60,460 nt of DNA from Galactobacter sp. Lineage in GTDB: Bacteria > Actinomycetota > Actinomycetes > Actinomycetales > Micrococcaceae. The notes beneath the pieces are model-generated. The model saw only the letters and a list, made by a program, of their open reading frames with translations. It had not been told where the DNA came from and made no database searches. How positions within the stretch are numbered: the first letter of the stretch is position 1; each line of letters opens with the position of its first letter. Below, one piece after another: positions 9,086-19,204 of this stretch. The stretch is from contig NZ_JALAGT010000111.1 in the NCBI RefSeq assembly GCF_022712295.1, positions 1-60,460 of the forward strand. The letters run 5' to 3'. A program made the position numbers and the translations under genes.

Positions 9086-11614
9086 ATGGCCTCCCGTAAG
9101 TCTCCCCTGCTCAACACCGCCTCGACGCTGGGCAAGATCGTCGCATTCTTTGCTGCCTCTGCAGTGGCCGGAGTCCTGGTGGCCGGAACCTTGGTCCCCT
9201 TGGCCATCGGCACCTCGACCGCCACCACCGTGGCTCAGGACACCTACGACTCCATCGATGTGTCTGAAGAGAACTCTCCTGTGGCGCAGCCGTCCTACCT
9301 GCTGGACCGCGACGGCAAGCAGATTGCGAAGTTCTTCAAGCAGAACCGCAAGGAAGTGAAGCTGGACAAGGTCTCGCACTGGATGCAGAAGGCCATCATC
9401 GACATCGAGGACGAGCGTTTCTACGAGCACGGTGGCGTCGATGCCCGCGGCATCGCGCGCGCCCTCTACAACAACGTCTCTGGCGGCGGCCGTCAGGGCG
9501 CCTCCACCATCACGCAGCAGTACGTTGCCAACCTGAACGTCAATGACCAGGTCGCGGCAGGCCTGGATCCGGATCAGGTGGCCCGCAGCGGTAACAAGAA
9601 CGTCTCCGACAAGGTCCTCGAGATCAAGTGGGCCAACGAGATCGAGACCAAGATGTCCAAGGACGAGATCCTGGAGGGTTACCTGAACCTGGTGCCGTTC
9701 GCAGGCGCCACCTACGGTATCGAGGCAGCCAGCCAGCGCTGGTTCTCCAAGCCCGCTTCGAAATTGAACCTCTCGGAAGCCGCGCTCCTGGCCGGCATGG
9801 TCCAGCGCCCCACCCTGTTCAATCCGGCGGTGAACCCCGAGGAGTCCACGAAACGTCGCAACGTGGTGCTGGGCACCATGTTGAAGAACGAGGACATCAC
9901 GCAGAAGCAGTACGACAAGGCGGTCAAGGCCAAGATCTCCCTGAAGCAGTCCCAGGAGGAGTCCGGTTGCGAACAGGCCGGTGACAGCGCCTACTTCTGC
10001 TCATACGTCTTCAACACCATCAGCCAGGACAAGACTTTCGGCAAGACCGTCCAGGAGCGTCAGAATCTCCTCTACACCGGTGGCCTGAAGATCAAGACCA
10101 CTCTGGACTCCAGGCTGCAGAAGGTTGCGGCCAAGGAGGTCGCCAATACGGTGCCGGTGGGCGACAAGGGCGGTACGCATGACGGGAACGGCGCTGGTTC
10201 GACGCTGGTCACGCGTAACAACAAGACCGGCGAAGTCCTCGCCATGGCCCAGAACACCAAGTTCGGCGAGAACAAGGCCAAGAACAACATTTACACACAG
10301 GTGAACTACAACACCACCAGGTTCCAGGGCGGTTCCACGGCCAAGCCGTGGACGGCCGTCGCCTGGCTGGAGGACGGTAAATCCCTGGGTAACACCGTCA
10401 ACGCCACGCGCAAGGACTACTCCAGTGCCAAGTGGAAGGCCTCCTGCCTCCCTGGAGGTCAGGCCAGCAGCCCAGGGTGGACGGTCAACAATGCGACGGC
10501 CGGTACCAACAACGTCATGGCGGCCTCTGCGGGTCTGTTCTGGTCCATCAACACGGCCACCGTGGCGGAGGCTCACCAGCTGGATCTGTGCGACATTTTC
10601 GAGGTGCCCAAGCGTCTGGGGCTGCTGGACGGCAGCGACACCACCGTCAAGGACATGGCAGCCAATCCTGCGAACCTGATCGGCTCCACGAACGTGTCTC
10701 CCCTGGCCCAGTCCAGGGCCTTCGGCGCCTTCGCGAACGAGGGCAAGCTCTGCGGCACCACGCCACTGCTCAAGGTCACCGGGCCCAAGGGCGAGATCAA
10801 GTTGCCCAAGACCTCGTGCAAGCAGGTCATCGACGCAGATGTCGTCAAGAAGCTCAACGGTACGTTGAAACACATCGCCGGTGACCGCGTTGCCCCTGGG
10901 ATCGCGGCCGATATAGCAGGCAAGACCGGCACCAACAACGGCGCGACCTCCACGTGGTTCGCCGGCTACACCTCGGATATCACCACCATCGCGTGGGTGG
11001 GGCGCAAGGACGGCAAGATGACCGATCCCACCGCCAACGCCCAGCGCCCGGCCAACGAGCGGATCTACGGCCTGAACAACGGACTCACCGTCAACGGTGT
11101 GGCCCGGGGTGACGCGGACTCCTCGACCTACGCCTCGCCGCTCTGGAAGCGGTACATGACCCAGATCCTGGATTACTACCCGCACGAGTCCATTCCGTCC
11201 GAGGGTCCGTTCAGCCGCAGCCTGAAGGGCGGCGGAACTTCCTCTGCCGAGGGTGCGAGCGCTGGGACCACGGGCACCACGGGAACCGCCCGGACCACCA
11301 CCGGGCGGACCACCGGCTACGCAACCACCGGTGGCACGTCGAACGGTGGCACCAAGGCAGGCGACGCCAAGAAGGAGGCCGCCAACGGCAGTGAGACCAA
11401 GGGTGGGGCCACCAAGACTGAGGCTGCCAAATCTGAGGCCTCCAAGGGCGAGGTCACCAACAGCGGGAACGCCAAGGCCGGCGGTAACGACTCGGGTGCG
11501 GCCACCAAGGAGAGCGCGCCCAAGCCCACCAAGGCGGCTGCCCCCAAGGCCACCAAGGAGACCGCACCCAAGAAGGAAGCTCCTAAGAACGAAGGCAATG
11601 GTGACGGAGACTGA
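9086..11614 (+). CDS. Class A penicillin-binding protein (PonA2-like) with a low-complexity C-terminal tail
   Basis: Transglycosylase motifs EDERFYEHGGVD and GASTITQQ; transpeptidase motifs STAK, SIN and KTGT; N-terminal TM anchor. Confidence 0.93.
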   Translation: MASRKSPLLNTASTLGKIVAFFAASAVAGVLVAGTLVPLAIGTSTATTVAQDTYDSIDVSEENSPVAQPSYLLDRDGKQIAKFFKQNRKEVKLDKVSHWMQKAIIDIEDERFYEHGGVDARGIARALYNNVSGGGRQGASTITQQYVANLNVNDQVAAGLDPDQVARSGNKNVSDKVLEIKWANEIETKMSKDEILEGYLNLVPFAGATYGIEAASQRWFSKPASKLNLSEAALLAGMVQRPTLFNPAVNPEESTKRRNVVLGTMLKNEDITQKQYDKAVKAKISLKQSQEESGCEQAGDSAYFCSYVFNTISQDKTFGKTVQERQNLLYTGGLKIKTTLDSRLQKVAAKEVANTVPVGDKGGTHDGNGAGSTLVTRNNKTGEVLAMAQNTKFGENKAKNNIYTQVNYNTTRFQGGSTAKPWTAVAWLEDGKSLGNTVNATRKDYSSAKWKASCLPGGQASSPGWTVNNATAGTNNVMAASAGLFWSINTATVAEAHQLDLCDIFEVPKRLGLLDGSDTTVKDMAANPANLIGSTNVSPLAQSRAFGAFANEGKLCGTTPLLKVTGPKGEIKLPKTSCKQVIDADVVKKLNGTLKHIAGDRVAPGIAADIAGKTGTNNGATSTWFAGYTSDITTIAWVGRKDGKMTDPTANAQRPANERIYGLNNGLTVNGVARGDADSSTYASPLWKRYMTQILDYYPHESIPSEGPFSRSLKGGGTSSAEGASAGTTGTTGTARTTTGRTTGYATTGGTSNGGTKAGDAKKEAANGSETKGGATKTEAAKSEASKGEVTNSGNAKAGGNDSGAATKESAPKPTKAAAPKATKETAPKKEAPKNEGNGDGD

Positions 11615-12554
11615 TCGCGTACATCGGCCGGCCGTGGCCGGCCTGAGCAGGATCGGCTCGGGACTCGGCGCCGTTGCAGCGGCCGGCGTCGGTGCGCTGG
11701 CCCTTGCGAATGCGCAGACCCGCAATTTCCGGCTCAGGGAGGAGCACCTTCCGATCCTGCCTCCGGGGCAGCAACCGCGTAGGGTTCTCCACCTCTCCGA
11801 CATCCACATGGTCCCTGGCCAGGACGCCAAGACCGCTTGGCTGCACAGCTTGGCTGACCTGGAACCCGACCTCGTGGTGAACACCGGTGACAACCTCAGC
11901 CACCGTCACGCTGTGGACGCGCTGCTGAATGCGCTCCAGCCGTTGATGCGTTTCCCCGGGGTGTTCGTCCCGGGTTCCAATTGTTACTTCGCTCCCCGGC
12001 CCAAGTCCCCCTTGCGGTACTTCCGAAAGGTGAAGCCGGGTGACGATCCGCGTGGACCCCGGGACGAGCTCGACTGGCGACGTATGCACCAGGCCTTCGC
12101 CCTGGCAGGTTGGCACGATGCCAGCAATCGCTCGCTCTCCATGCCCTTGGGTGGCATGCGCCTGGATGTGACGGGAGTCGACGACCCGCACCTCGGACTG
12201 GATGAGTTCCAGGGGTGGCCGCGCGGCTCATCGACGTCCGCGGATTCTCCGCATCTTCGTCTGGCACTGGCGCATGCCCCGTACCGACAAGTCTTGGACA
12301 CGTTCGCGCGTGCCCAGCCGGATCTGGTGCTGGCCGGTCATACGCATGGAGGCCAGGTCTGCTCCCCCGGCTACGGCGCTTTGGTGTCCAATTGCGACCT
12401 TCCCACCGGGCTGGCCGCCGGGCTCAACTGGTGGCAGGTCGACGGACACCGTGTGCCCGTGAACATCTCGGCAGGGCTTGGTGCTTCTCGGTTGGCCCCG
12501 TATCGGCTGGCATGCCCGCCTGAGGCGATCCTGCTGACGCTCACCTCGCGCTGA
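11598..12554 (+). CDS. Metallophosphoesterase (calcineurin-like)
   Basis: LHLSDIH, NTGDN, VDDPH, LAHAP and AGHTHGGQ. Overlaps the end of the PBP gene. Confidence 0.9.
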   Translation: MVTETDRVHRPAVAGLSRIGSGLGAVAAAGVGALALANAQTRNFRLREEHLPILPPGQQPRRVLHLSDIHMVPGQDAKTAWLHSLADLEPDLVVNTGDNLSHRHAVDALLNALQPLMRFPGVFVPGSNCYFAPRPKSPLRYFRKVKPGDDPRGPRDELDWRRMHQAFALAGWHDASNRSLSMPLGGMRLDVTGVDDPHLGLDEFQGWPRGSSTSADSPHLRLALAHAPYRQVLDTFARAQPDLVLAGHTHGGQVCSPGYGALVSNCDLPTGLAAGLNWWQVDGHRVPVNISAGLGASRLAPYRLACPPEAILLTLTSR

Positions 12555-12571
12555 ATCGCTAGCGGAATGGC

Positions 12572-12612
12572 CGACGGGCGGTGCTCACCGAATGGGTGAG
12601 CACCGCCCGTCG
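12572..12612. terminator. Hairpin between convergent genes
   Basis: Perfect 18-bp stem CGACGGGCGGTGCTCACC/GGTGAGCACCGCCCGTCG. Confidence 0.8.
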
Positions 12613-12643
12613 CGCAGTGGGGCCGCTGTCGCGGCCCGAAAGG

Positions 12644-13573
12644 TCAGGCAGTGAACGTCCGCCCGGTGAGAAGCTCGTAGGCCTCCACGTAGCGTGCACG
12701 GGTCTTCTCCACGATCTCCGTGGGAAGCGCGGGCGGCTCGTCGCCGGAGTTCCGGTCCCAGCCGGATTCGGCAGAGGTCAGCCAGTCGCGGACGAACTGC
12801 TTGTCGAAGCTCGGTTGTGAGTGCCCCGGCTCATAGGCAGCCGCATCCCAGAAGCGGGAGGAGTCAGGCGTCAGGACCTCGTCGCCCAGGGTGATGACAC
12901 CGCTGATGGGGTCCAAGCCGAACTCGACCTTGGTGTCTGCCAGGATGACGCCGCGTTCACGGGCGATCTCCTCGGCCTTGGTGTAGACCTGCAACGTGAG
13001 GTCACGCAGCGTTGCCGCCACGTCCTCCCCTACGCGGGCCACGGTCTCGGCGTACGTGATGTTCTCGTCGTGTTCGCCCACCTCGGCCTTGGCGCTCGGC
13101 GTGAAGATCGCTGGGTCCAGCCGGGACCCGTCCACAAGGCCCTCGGACAGCGGCTGCGAGCAGACGGTTCCGGATTCCTTGTACTCGGCCAGTCCGGAGC
13201 CCGTCAGGTAGCCGCGTGCGATGCACTCGATGGGGTACATGTTCAGGCGTTTGACGATCATGGCACGCCCGGAAACGGCCTCAGGAACGTCCGTGGAGAT
13301 CACATGGTTCGGGACGTCGGAGAGCTGCTCGAACCACCACAGGGACAGTTGCGTCAGGATGGCGCCCTTGTCCGGGATGGTGGTGGAGAGGACGAAATCG
13401 TATGCACTGATGCGGTCGGAGGCCACCACCAGGACTCGGTCGGCCGGACCGTCGCCTTCCGGCTCGTAGAGGTCCCTGACCTTGCCGGAGTAGACGTGCG
13501 TCCATCCGGGCAGTTCCGGTGCGGAGGCGGCGAAGCCTGCACCCTGTCCCAATCCCGAGTTCTGTTCGCTCAC
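12644..13573 (-). CDS. purC: SAICAR synthetase
   Basis: SGKVRDLY, SDRISAYD, ARGYLTGSG, ADTKVEFG, DEVLTPDSSRFW and DKQFVRDW. Confidence 0.97.
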   Translation of the reverse strand: MSEQNSGLGQGAGFAASAPELPGWTHVYSGKVRDLYEPEGDGPADRVLVVASDRISAYDFVLSTTIPDKGAILTQLSLWWFEQLSDVPNHVISTDVPEAVSGRAMIVKRLNMYPIECIARGYLTGSGLAEYKESGTVCSQPLSEGLVDGSRLDPAIFTPSAKAEVGEHDENITYAETVARVGEDVAATLRDLTLQVYTKAEEIARERGVILADTKVEFGLDPISGVITLGDEVLTPDSSRFWDAAAYEPGHSQPSFDKQFVRDWLTSAESGWDRNSGDEPPALPTEIVEKTRARYVEAYELLTGRTFTA

Positions 13574-14841
13574 AGGACGATCTTCCCTTCCGCAGCCTTC
13601 GCCGCGATGTCGGTTCGATGGTGGGACCCCTCCAAGTGAATGGCCTCCACCCCCTGATAGGCCTTGGCTCGCGCAGCTGACAGGTCCTCGCCCAGGGCAA
13701 CGACGGCGAGCACGCGGCCACCCGCAGAGACGATGCGGCCCTCCTCATCACTCGCCGTGCCTGCATGCAGCACGCTCACGTCCGCGAGCGCCTCTGCATC
13801 CTCGATACCCGTGATGGGGTCCCCCTTGCGTGGTGAGGCCGGGTAGCCCTCCGCCGAGATCACCACACCGACCGCCGGGCGGGGATCCCATTCGAGCTCG
13901 GTCACGGCGTCCAGTTCCCCACGGGCTGCTGCCTTGAGCACCAGACCGAAGGGGGAACGCAGGCGCTGCAGCACGGGCTGCGTCTCCGGGTCGCCGAAGC
14001 GGACGTTGAACTCGATGACCCGCAGGCCACGACTGGTCACGGCCAGACCGCAATAGAGGACGCCCACGAAGGGCGCTCCGCGGCGGGACATCTCCTTCAG
14101 AGTGGGGAGTGCGACGCGGTCCATGACCTCGTCCACGAAGCCTTCGGGAAGCCAGGACAGCGGCGTGTAGGCACCCATGCCGCCGGTGTTGGGCCCCTCG
14201 TCGTCGTCGTCGATGCGCTTGAAGTCCTGCGCAGGGGACAGAGGGACGGCATTGGTGCCGTCGGAGAGGACGAAGAGGGAGACCTCTGGGCCGTCCAGGA
14301 ACTCCTCGATGACGACCTTGGAGCCGGCTTCGAAGCACGCTACGGCGTGGGCCAGCGCTTCGTCGCGGTCCGAGGTGACGACCACTCCCTTGCCCGCCGC
14401 CAGGCCGTCGTCCTTCACCACGTGCGGCGCCCCGAACGCATCCAGGGCGTCTGCGACCTCGTCCACGTTGGTGGCGACGCGCGCCTTGGCGGTGGGAACC
14501 TCTGCGGCCGCCATGACGTCCTTGGCGAAGGCCTTGGAGGCCTCCAGCTCCGCTGCGGCCTGGGAGGGTCCGAACACATCGAAACCAGCTTCGACGAGAG
14601 CGTCGGACACCCCCGCAGCGAGCGGCGCTTCGGGGCCCACCACCACCAGGTCGGCCGTCAATTCCTGCGCAAGGGCCGTCACCGCCGCCGGGTCCGAAGC
14701 GTTCACCTGGTGTACGGGAACGTCCTGCGCGATTCCCGCGTTGCCGGGCGCGGCGTGCACCTCGGTCACCGAGGGGTCTCGCAGCAGGGTGGTCACAATG
14801 GCGTGTTCGCGGCCGCCTGGGCCGATGACGAGAACCTTCAC
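13570..14841 (-). CDS. purD: Phosphoribosylamine-glycine ligase
   Basis: GPGGREHA, VVGPEAPL, GLAAGKGV, GPNTGGMGAY and EFNVRFGDPE. Confidence 0.97.
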   Translation of the reverse strand: MKVLVIGPGGREHAIVTTLLRDPSVTEVHAAPGNAGIAQDVPVHQVNASDPAAVTALAQELTADLVVVGPEAPLAAGVSDALVEAGFDVFGPSQAAAELEASKAFAKDVMAAAEVPTAKARVATNVDEVADALDAFGAPHVVKDDGLAAGKGVVVTSDRDEALAHAVACFEAGSKVVIEEFLDGPEVSLFVLSDGTNAVPLSPAQDFKRIDDDDEGPNTGGMGAYTPLSWLPEGFVDEVMDRVALPTLKEMSRRGAPFVGVLYCGLAVTSRGLRVIEFNVRFGDPETQPVLQRLRSPFGLVLKAAARGELDAVTELEWDPRPAVGVVISAEGYPASPRKGDPITGIEDAEALADVSVLHAGTASDEEGRIVSAGGRVLAVVALGEDLSAARAKAYQGVEAIHLEGSHHRTDIAAKAAEGKIVL

Positions 14842-14883
14842 GAGCCACGAGCCTACCGGCAGGGGACGCCTAAGATGAAGATC

Positions 14884-15924
14884 ATGTCTCCCTCGTCAGA
14901 CCTTCAGAACACCGTCTTATCTCCCGCAGGCCGGCACCCGTTGACCGCGGCCGATTGCGTGGAATTGGCCACTCTGGACCGCAACGGCGTGATCGAGTCA
15001 CGCCATTCGGGGGTTCTGACCGTGGTGAATGCAGCGGGCGAGACCATCGCTTCTCTGGGTAACCCTGCGGCCACCACGTACCCACGCTCCAGCCTCAAGC
15101 CCTTCCAGGCCATCGCCTCGCAACGATCCGGCGCGAATCTGAGCGGGGAACGTCTCGCCATCGCCTGCGCCTCCCATGTCGGATCGCAGCGTCATCAGGA
15201 CCTGGCGCTGGCCATGCTGCAGGATGCCGGGCTGGACGAGTCCGCGCTGCGCTGCCCTACCGCCTGGCCTCAGGACACGGAAACGTTCCACAGCATGATC
15301 CGAGGGGGCAGGGACAAGAATCACCTGGCCTTCAACTGCTCCGGTAAGCACGCAGGATTCCTCACCGCCTGCGTGAACTCCGGATGGGACACCGAGACCT
15401 ACCTCTCCGCCGAACATCCACTGCAGCGCGAGGTGATCTCCGTTGTGGAGGAATACACGGGAGAACCCGTCGGCACTGTGGCCGTTGACGGCTGTGGCGC
15501 TCCGGTGCCGCAGATCAGTGTCACGGGACTGGCCCGCGCGGTGTCTCGCCTCATGACGGCGCCAGAAGCCGATCCGGCCGGCGCGGTGGCACCCGCGATG
15601 CTGGCTCACCCCTGGGCCGTGCACGGAGAAGGCGCAGAGAACACCGTGGTCATGGAACGCCTCGGAGTGGTCTCCAAGCTCGGTGCAGAAGGAGTGCTGA
15701 TCCTCGGGCTCCGCTCCGGTACGGCCCTGGCCATGAAGATGCTGGACGGGAATTCTCGTGCCAACACCCTGGTAGGCCTCTCCGCACTCGTGGCGCTGGG
15801 CGAGCTGGATGCCGCCGAGGTGGCCTCCGTCCTGGCCGATGTGGTCAAGCCGGTCCTCGGAGGCGGCGAGCCCGTGGGTTCCTTGCGGGCCACCGACGCC
15901 GTCACGACCCTCACCCGGGCCTGA
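14884..15924 (+). CDS. L-asparaginase II (Rhizobium-type, class 3)
   Basis: RSSLKPFQA, NCSGKHAG, DGCGAP and SKLGAEGV. TAAGAT lies 7 nt before ATG 14884. Confidence 0.88.
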   Translation: MSPSSDLQNTVLSPAGRHPLTAADCVELATLDRNGVIESRHSGVLTVVNAAGETIASLGNPAATTYPRSSLKPFQAIASQRSGANLSGERLAIACASHVGSQRHQDLALAMLQDAGLDESALRCPTAWPQDTETFHSMIRGGRDKNHLAFNCSGKHAGFLTACVNSGWDTETYLSAEHPLQREVISVVEEYTGEPVGTVAVDGCGAPVPQISVTGLARAVSRLMTAPEADPAGAVAPAMLAHPWAVHGEGAENTVVMERLGVVSKLGAEGVLILGLRSGTALAMKMLDGNSRANTLVGLSALVALGELDAAEVASVLADVVKPVLGGGEPVGSLRATDAVTTLTRA

Positions 15925-15927
15925 ATC

Positions 15928-16320
15928 ATGGCGGTCAAACGACGCATCGACGCGGCCACGGGCCGCGAGGCCGTGCGCGCGTGGGTGAACGCACAGCAGG
16001 AGCCGGGCACCACGGCGTCGGGCATCGGTGTTCCGCGCTCCGTCACCGCCACCGCAGTGCGGTACCTGCTGGAGGAGCTCTCCGAGGTCGCCGAGGGGAA
16101 CTCCGTGGAGGTCCGCGTGCCGCCGTTCGGGGTCACGCAGTGCATCGAGGGGCCCCGACATACCCGAGGCACCCCACCCAATGTGGTGGAGACCGACGCG
16201 AGCACATGGCTTGAGTTGGCCACCGGGCGTCTGAACTGGGCGGATGCCGTTGCGGCCGGCCGGGTCTCCGCCTCCGGAACCCGCGCCGATCTGTCCGGTG
16301 TGCTGCCTCTCACTCGGTGA
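15928..16320 (+). CDS. Sterol-carrier-family (bacterial SCP orthologue) protein
   Basis: [32 protein letters not shown] signature. Confidence 0.85.
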   Translation: MAVKRRIDAATGREAVRAWVNAQQEPGTTASGIGVPRSVTATAVRYLLEELSEVAEGNSVEVRVPPFGVTQCIEGPRHTRGTPPNVVETDASTWLELATGRLNWADAVAAGRVSASGTRADLSGVLPLTR

Positions 16321-16353
16321 AGTCGTCACGGTTGCGGCGATAGAATCGACACC

Positions 16354-16752
16354 ATGCCCACCTCTGGTTCCTCCCCCGAGACTCCCTCGTCGCAGACCCC
16401 TGCGCCGGCATCCGCCACGGGCCATCGCACCGTGTCCGTGCGCCTGCGCACCGCCCCCAAGATCTGGCCGTTCCTGGCCGCCGGAGCCGTCGTCGGCGCC
16501 CTGATCGCCTTCGTGGTCACGTGGATCTCCCACGCCGACCTCGTGGCCGCGTCTGAGGACGGAACCACCGAGCACTCCTTCGCATCCACCTTCGGATTCA
16601 TGTTCATGATCTTCGCGATCGTCTGCATGGCTTTGGCCGGTCTGATCTTCCTGCTGGTTGATCGCGTTGGTCGCCGCCGCATGCGCACCGTGGACATGGT
16701 CGTGGAACCCGTCACCGATGAGGGCGAGGACACCGCCCCCGTGAAAGAATGA
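16354..16752 (+). CDS. Hypothetical membrane protein with two TM helices
   Basis: Two hydrophobic segments, a TAGAAT -10 box 7 nt upstream and an ATGA overlap with purM. Confidence 0.8.
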   Translation: MPTSGSSPETPSSQTPAPASATGHRTVSVRLRTAPKIWPFLAAGAVVGALIAFVVTWISHADLVAASEDGTTEHSFASTFGFMFMIFAIVCMALAGLIFLLVDRVGRRRMRTVDMVVEPVTDEGEDTAPVKE

Positions 16753-17894
16753 GCAGCATGAGCACCCAGCATGAGCCCACCGGGATCACTTACGCCCAGG
16801 CGGGCGTCGACGTCGAGGCCGGCGACCGCGCCGTCGAACTCATGAAGGCGTCAGTGAAGGCAACACATGGACCCAACGTGTTGGGAGGCGTGGGCGGGTT
16901 CGCCGGCCTCTACGACGCGTCCGAGCTGCTGAAGTACCGCAAGCCGTTGCTGGCCACCTCCACCGACGGCGTGGGAACCAAGGTCGCCATCGCGCAAGCC
17001 ATGGACATCCACGACACCATCGGTTTCGACCTGGTCGGCATGGTCGTGGACGACATCGTGGTGGTGGGCGCCAAGCCCCTGGTGATGACCGACTACATCG
17101 CCTGCGGTCACGTGGTGCCCGAGCGCATCGCAGGGATCGTCTCCGGAATCGCCGCAGGCTGCAAGCAGGCAGGCACCGCCCTGGTGGGCGGCGAGACCGC
17201 CGAGCACCCCGGGCTACTGGCTCCCGATGAGTACGACGTGGCCGGCGCAGCCACCGGCGTCGTCGAGGCCGACGCCCTGCTGGGCCCCGAGCGCGTCCGC
17301 GCCGGCGACGTGGTCATCGCCATGGCCTCCTCCGGCCTGCACTCCAACGGCTACTCCCTGGTACGTCGCGTGATCTCCTCCGCAGATTGGTCCCTGGACC
17401 GTCATGTCGACGAGTTCGGCCGCACCTTGGGTGAGGAACTGCTGGTTCCCACCAAGGTCTACGCCGCCGACTGCCTGGACCTGATCGGTTCTCTCAATGT
17501 GGACGGAGCCTCACCCGTCCACGGCTTCTCCCACATCACCGGCGGCGGGTTCGCTGCGAACCTGGCCCGGGTGTTGCCGACTGGTCTGGCCGCCACTGTG
17601 GACCGTTCCACGTGGACCCTGCCTCCGGTGTTCCAGGTGGTCTCCTCGCTGGGTGGCGTCCCGCAGGCGGACCTGGAGCGCACCCTGAACGTGGGTGTGG
17701 GCATGGTCGCCATCGTTTCGGCCGACGCCGCCGACGCCGCCGTCTCCCTGCTCAACGCCCGCGGCGTGAAGTCCTGGGTGGCCGGCTCCGTGACCTCACT
17801 CTCCGACGAGATCCTGGCCGATCCGGAGACCGTACAGGGCGCCAAGGGCGTGGACGGCGGGGCCGTGCGCCTCACCGGCAACTACGCCGGCTGA
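16749..17894 (+). CDS. purM: AIR synthetase
   Basis: TYAQAGVD, TDGVGTK, GGETAEHPG, SSGLHSNGYSL and HITGGG. Confidence 0.97.
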   Translation: MSSMSTQHEPTGITYAQAGVDVEAGDRAVELMKASVKATHGPNVLGGVGGFAGLYDASELLKYRKPLLATSTDGVGTKVAIAQAMDIHDTIGFDLVGMVVDDIVVVGAKPLVMTDYIACGHVVPERIAGIVSGIAAGCKQAGTALVGGETAEHPGLLAPDEYDVAGAATGVVEADALLGPERVRAGDVVIAMASSGLHSNGYSLVRRVISSADWSLDRHVDEFGRTLGEELLVPTKVYAADCLDLIGSLNVDGASPVHGFSHITGGGFAANLARVLPTGLAATVDRSTWTLPPVFQVVSSLGGVPQADLERTLNVGVGMVAIVSADAADAAVSLLNARGVKSWVAGSVTSLSDEILADPETVQGAKGVDGGAVRLTGNYAG

Positions 17895-17915
17895 GTTCGG
17901 ACGCCGGCTCGGCCG

Positions 17916-18881
17916 TCAGACCCCGGCCCGCCGCAACGCCGCGTCCACCTCTTCCAATGCCGGCGTGAGCGGTGTGCGCCAGAGGACGCCCACCTTGGTG
18001 TCGGCACGTCCCGGTCCGCCGTTGATGACCGTGGTCCGCTTCCCTGCCTTCTCCGCATCCAGCACGAATCTGTAGCCGCTCATGACGGCCAGGGAGGAGC
18101 CGAGTACCAGCAAGGAACGCGAGTGACTTGCGAGGTCGCGGGTTCGTTCCCGCGTCTCCGCAGCGACGTTCTCACCGAAGTAGACCACCGAAGGCTTGAG
18201 CCGGTCCGACCCGCAGTTCAGACAGTGCAGGATCACGAAGCGATCTACGTCCGCCTGGTCCAGGTTCACATCGCCGTCTGCGTTCACCACCAGGTGCTCC
18301 GACATGACCGACTCACGGAACCCCGGGTTGGCAGCCTCCAGCCGCACCTCGAAATCGGTGCGAGCCTCGCGGTGGCCGCAGGCCAAGCAGTCCACCCAAC
18401 TCATGTCTCCGTGGAGGGCCACCACGTCGGTGGCTCCAGCGGCCGAGTGCAACCCGTCCACATTCTGCGTGACGATTCCGGCCAGCAATCCCCGCTGCTG
18501 CCAAGACGCCACGATGCGATGAGAGAGATTGGGCTCGGCCTGACGCATCCTAGTGGCTCCAACGAAACCCCGGGCCCAGTAGCGCTTCCTGGCTTCGGGC
18601 GACGCCGCGAACTCCTGGAAGGTCATGGGCCGGGACCGGCGCAGAGAGCCGTGGTCCCCCCGATAGTCCGGGATGCCGCTGTCGGTGCTGATACCGGCCC
18701 CGGTCAGGACGAGTACCTCGCCGGAGCTGAGCTGATCCACGGTGGACGCGAGTGCCTCACCCGGTGGCGTGGGCGCTGCGGTCTCCCCCACGACCCGGTC
18801 CAGGCTCCGCAACGCAGCCCTGTGAGCCGCACTGATCCGTGTGTCCTCGAAACGAGGTTGTGGGTCCGACCTACTGGGCAT
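17916..18881 (-). CDS. Sir2 family NAD-dependent deacylase (class II/SIRT4-like)
   Basis: LTGAGISTDSGIPDYRG, TQNVDGLH, two CxxC motifs, LKPSVVYFGE and GSSL. Confidence 0.93.
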   Translation of the reverse strand: MPSRSDPQPRFEDTRISAAHRAALRSLDRVVGETAAPTPPGEALASTVDQLSSGEVLVLTGAGISTDSGIPDYRGDHGSLRRSRPMTFQEFAASPEARKRYWARGFVGATRMRQAEPNLSHRIVASWQQRGLLAGIVTQNVDGLHSAAGATDVVALHGDMSWVDCLACGHREARTDFEVRLEAANPGFRESVMSEHLVVNADGDVNLDQADVDRFVILHCLNCGSDRLKPSVVYFGENVAAETRERTRDLASHSRSLLVLGSSLAVMSGYRFVLDAEKAGKRTTVINGGPGRADTKVGVLWRTPLTPALEEVDAALRRAGV

Positions 18882-18985
18882 GCTCGCTCCCTTCCGGAGT
18901 CCGGGGTACGCGTCAGGGCCGCCGGGGTGAAACCCCGACGGCCCTCGTCCGCGCCGCTGCTGCGATGCCTGACGTGGAGTCCAAC

Positions 18986-19204
18986 TCAGCCGCGCTGAGC
19001 TTCGTCCTCGTCATCGTCGTACTCGCCGGCGTAGCGCGCATACGGATCCTCGTCCTCTTCCGGCTCCTCCCATTCGGGTGCGCCGGAATACCGGTTCCCC
19101 CCAGCGAGTTCGCGTTCCAAGGCGTGCAGATCCGTGCCCGGAGAGTAGTACTTCATCTCCCGGGCCTGTCGCGTTGCTTTTGCCTTCTGACGGCCGCGCC
19201 CCAT
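18986..19204 (-). CDS. DUF3073 family protein
   Basis: MGRGRQKAKATRQAREMKYYSPGTDLHALEREL followed by an acidic tail. Confidence 0.9.
   Translation of the reverse strand: MGRGRQKAKATRQAREMKYYSPGTDLHALERELAGGNRYSGAPEWEEPEEDEDPYARYAGEYDDDEDEAQRG

Noticed and set aside
12555..12643. tRNA expected after the metallophosphoesterase gene
   Set aside because: Only a terminator hairpin is present; no cloverleaf or T-loop motif.
17916..18881. Sir2 protein as an anti-phage defence effector
   Set aside because: It is a classical zinc-binding sirtuin deacylase with no defence partner genes.
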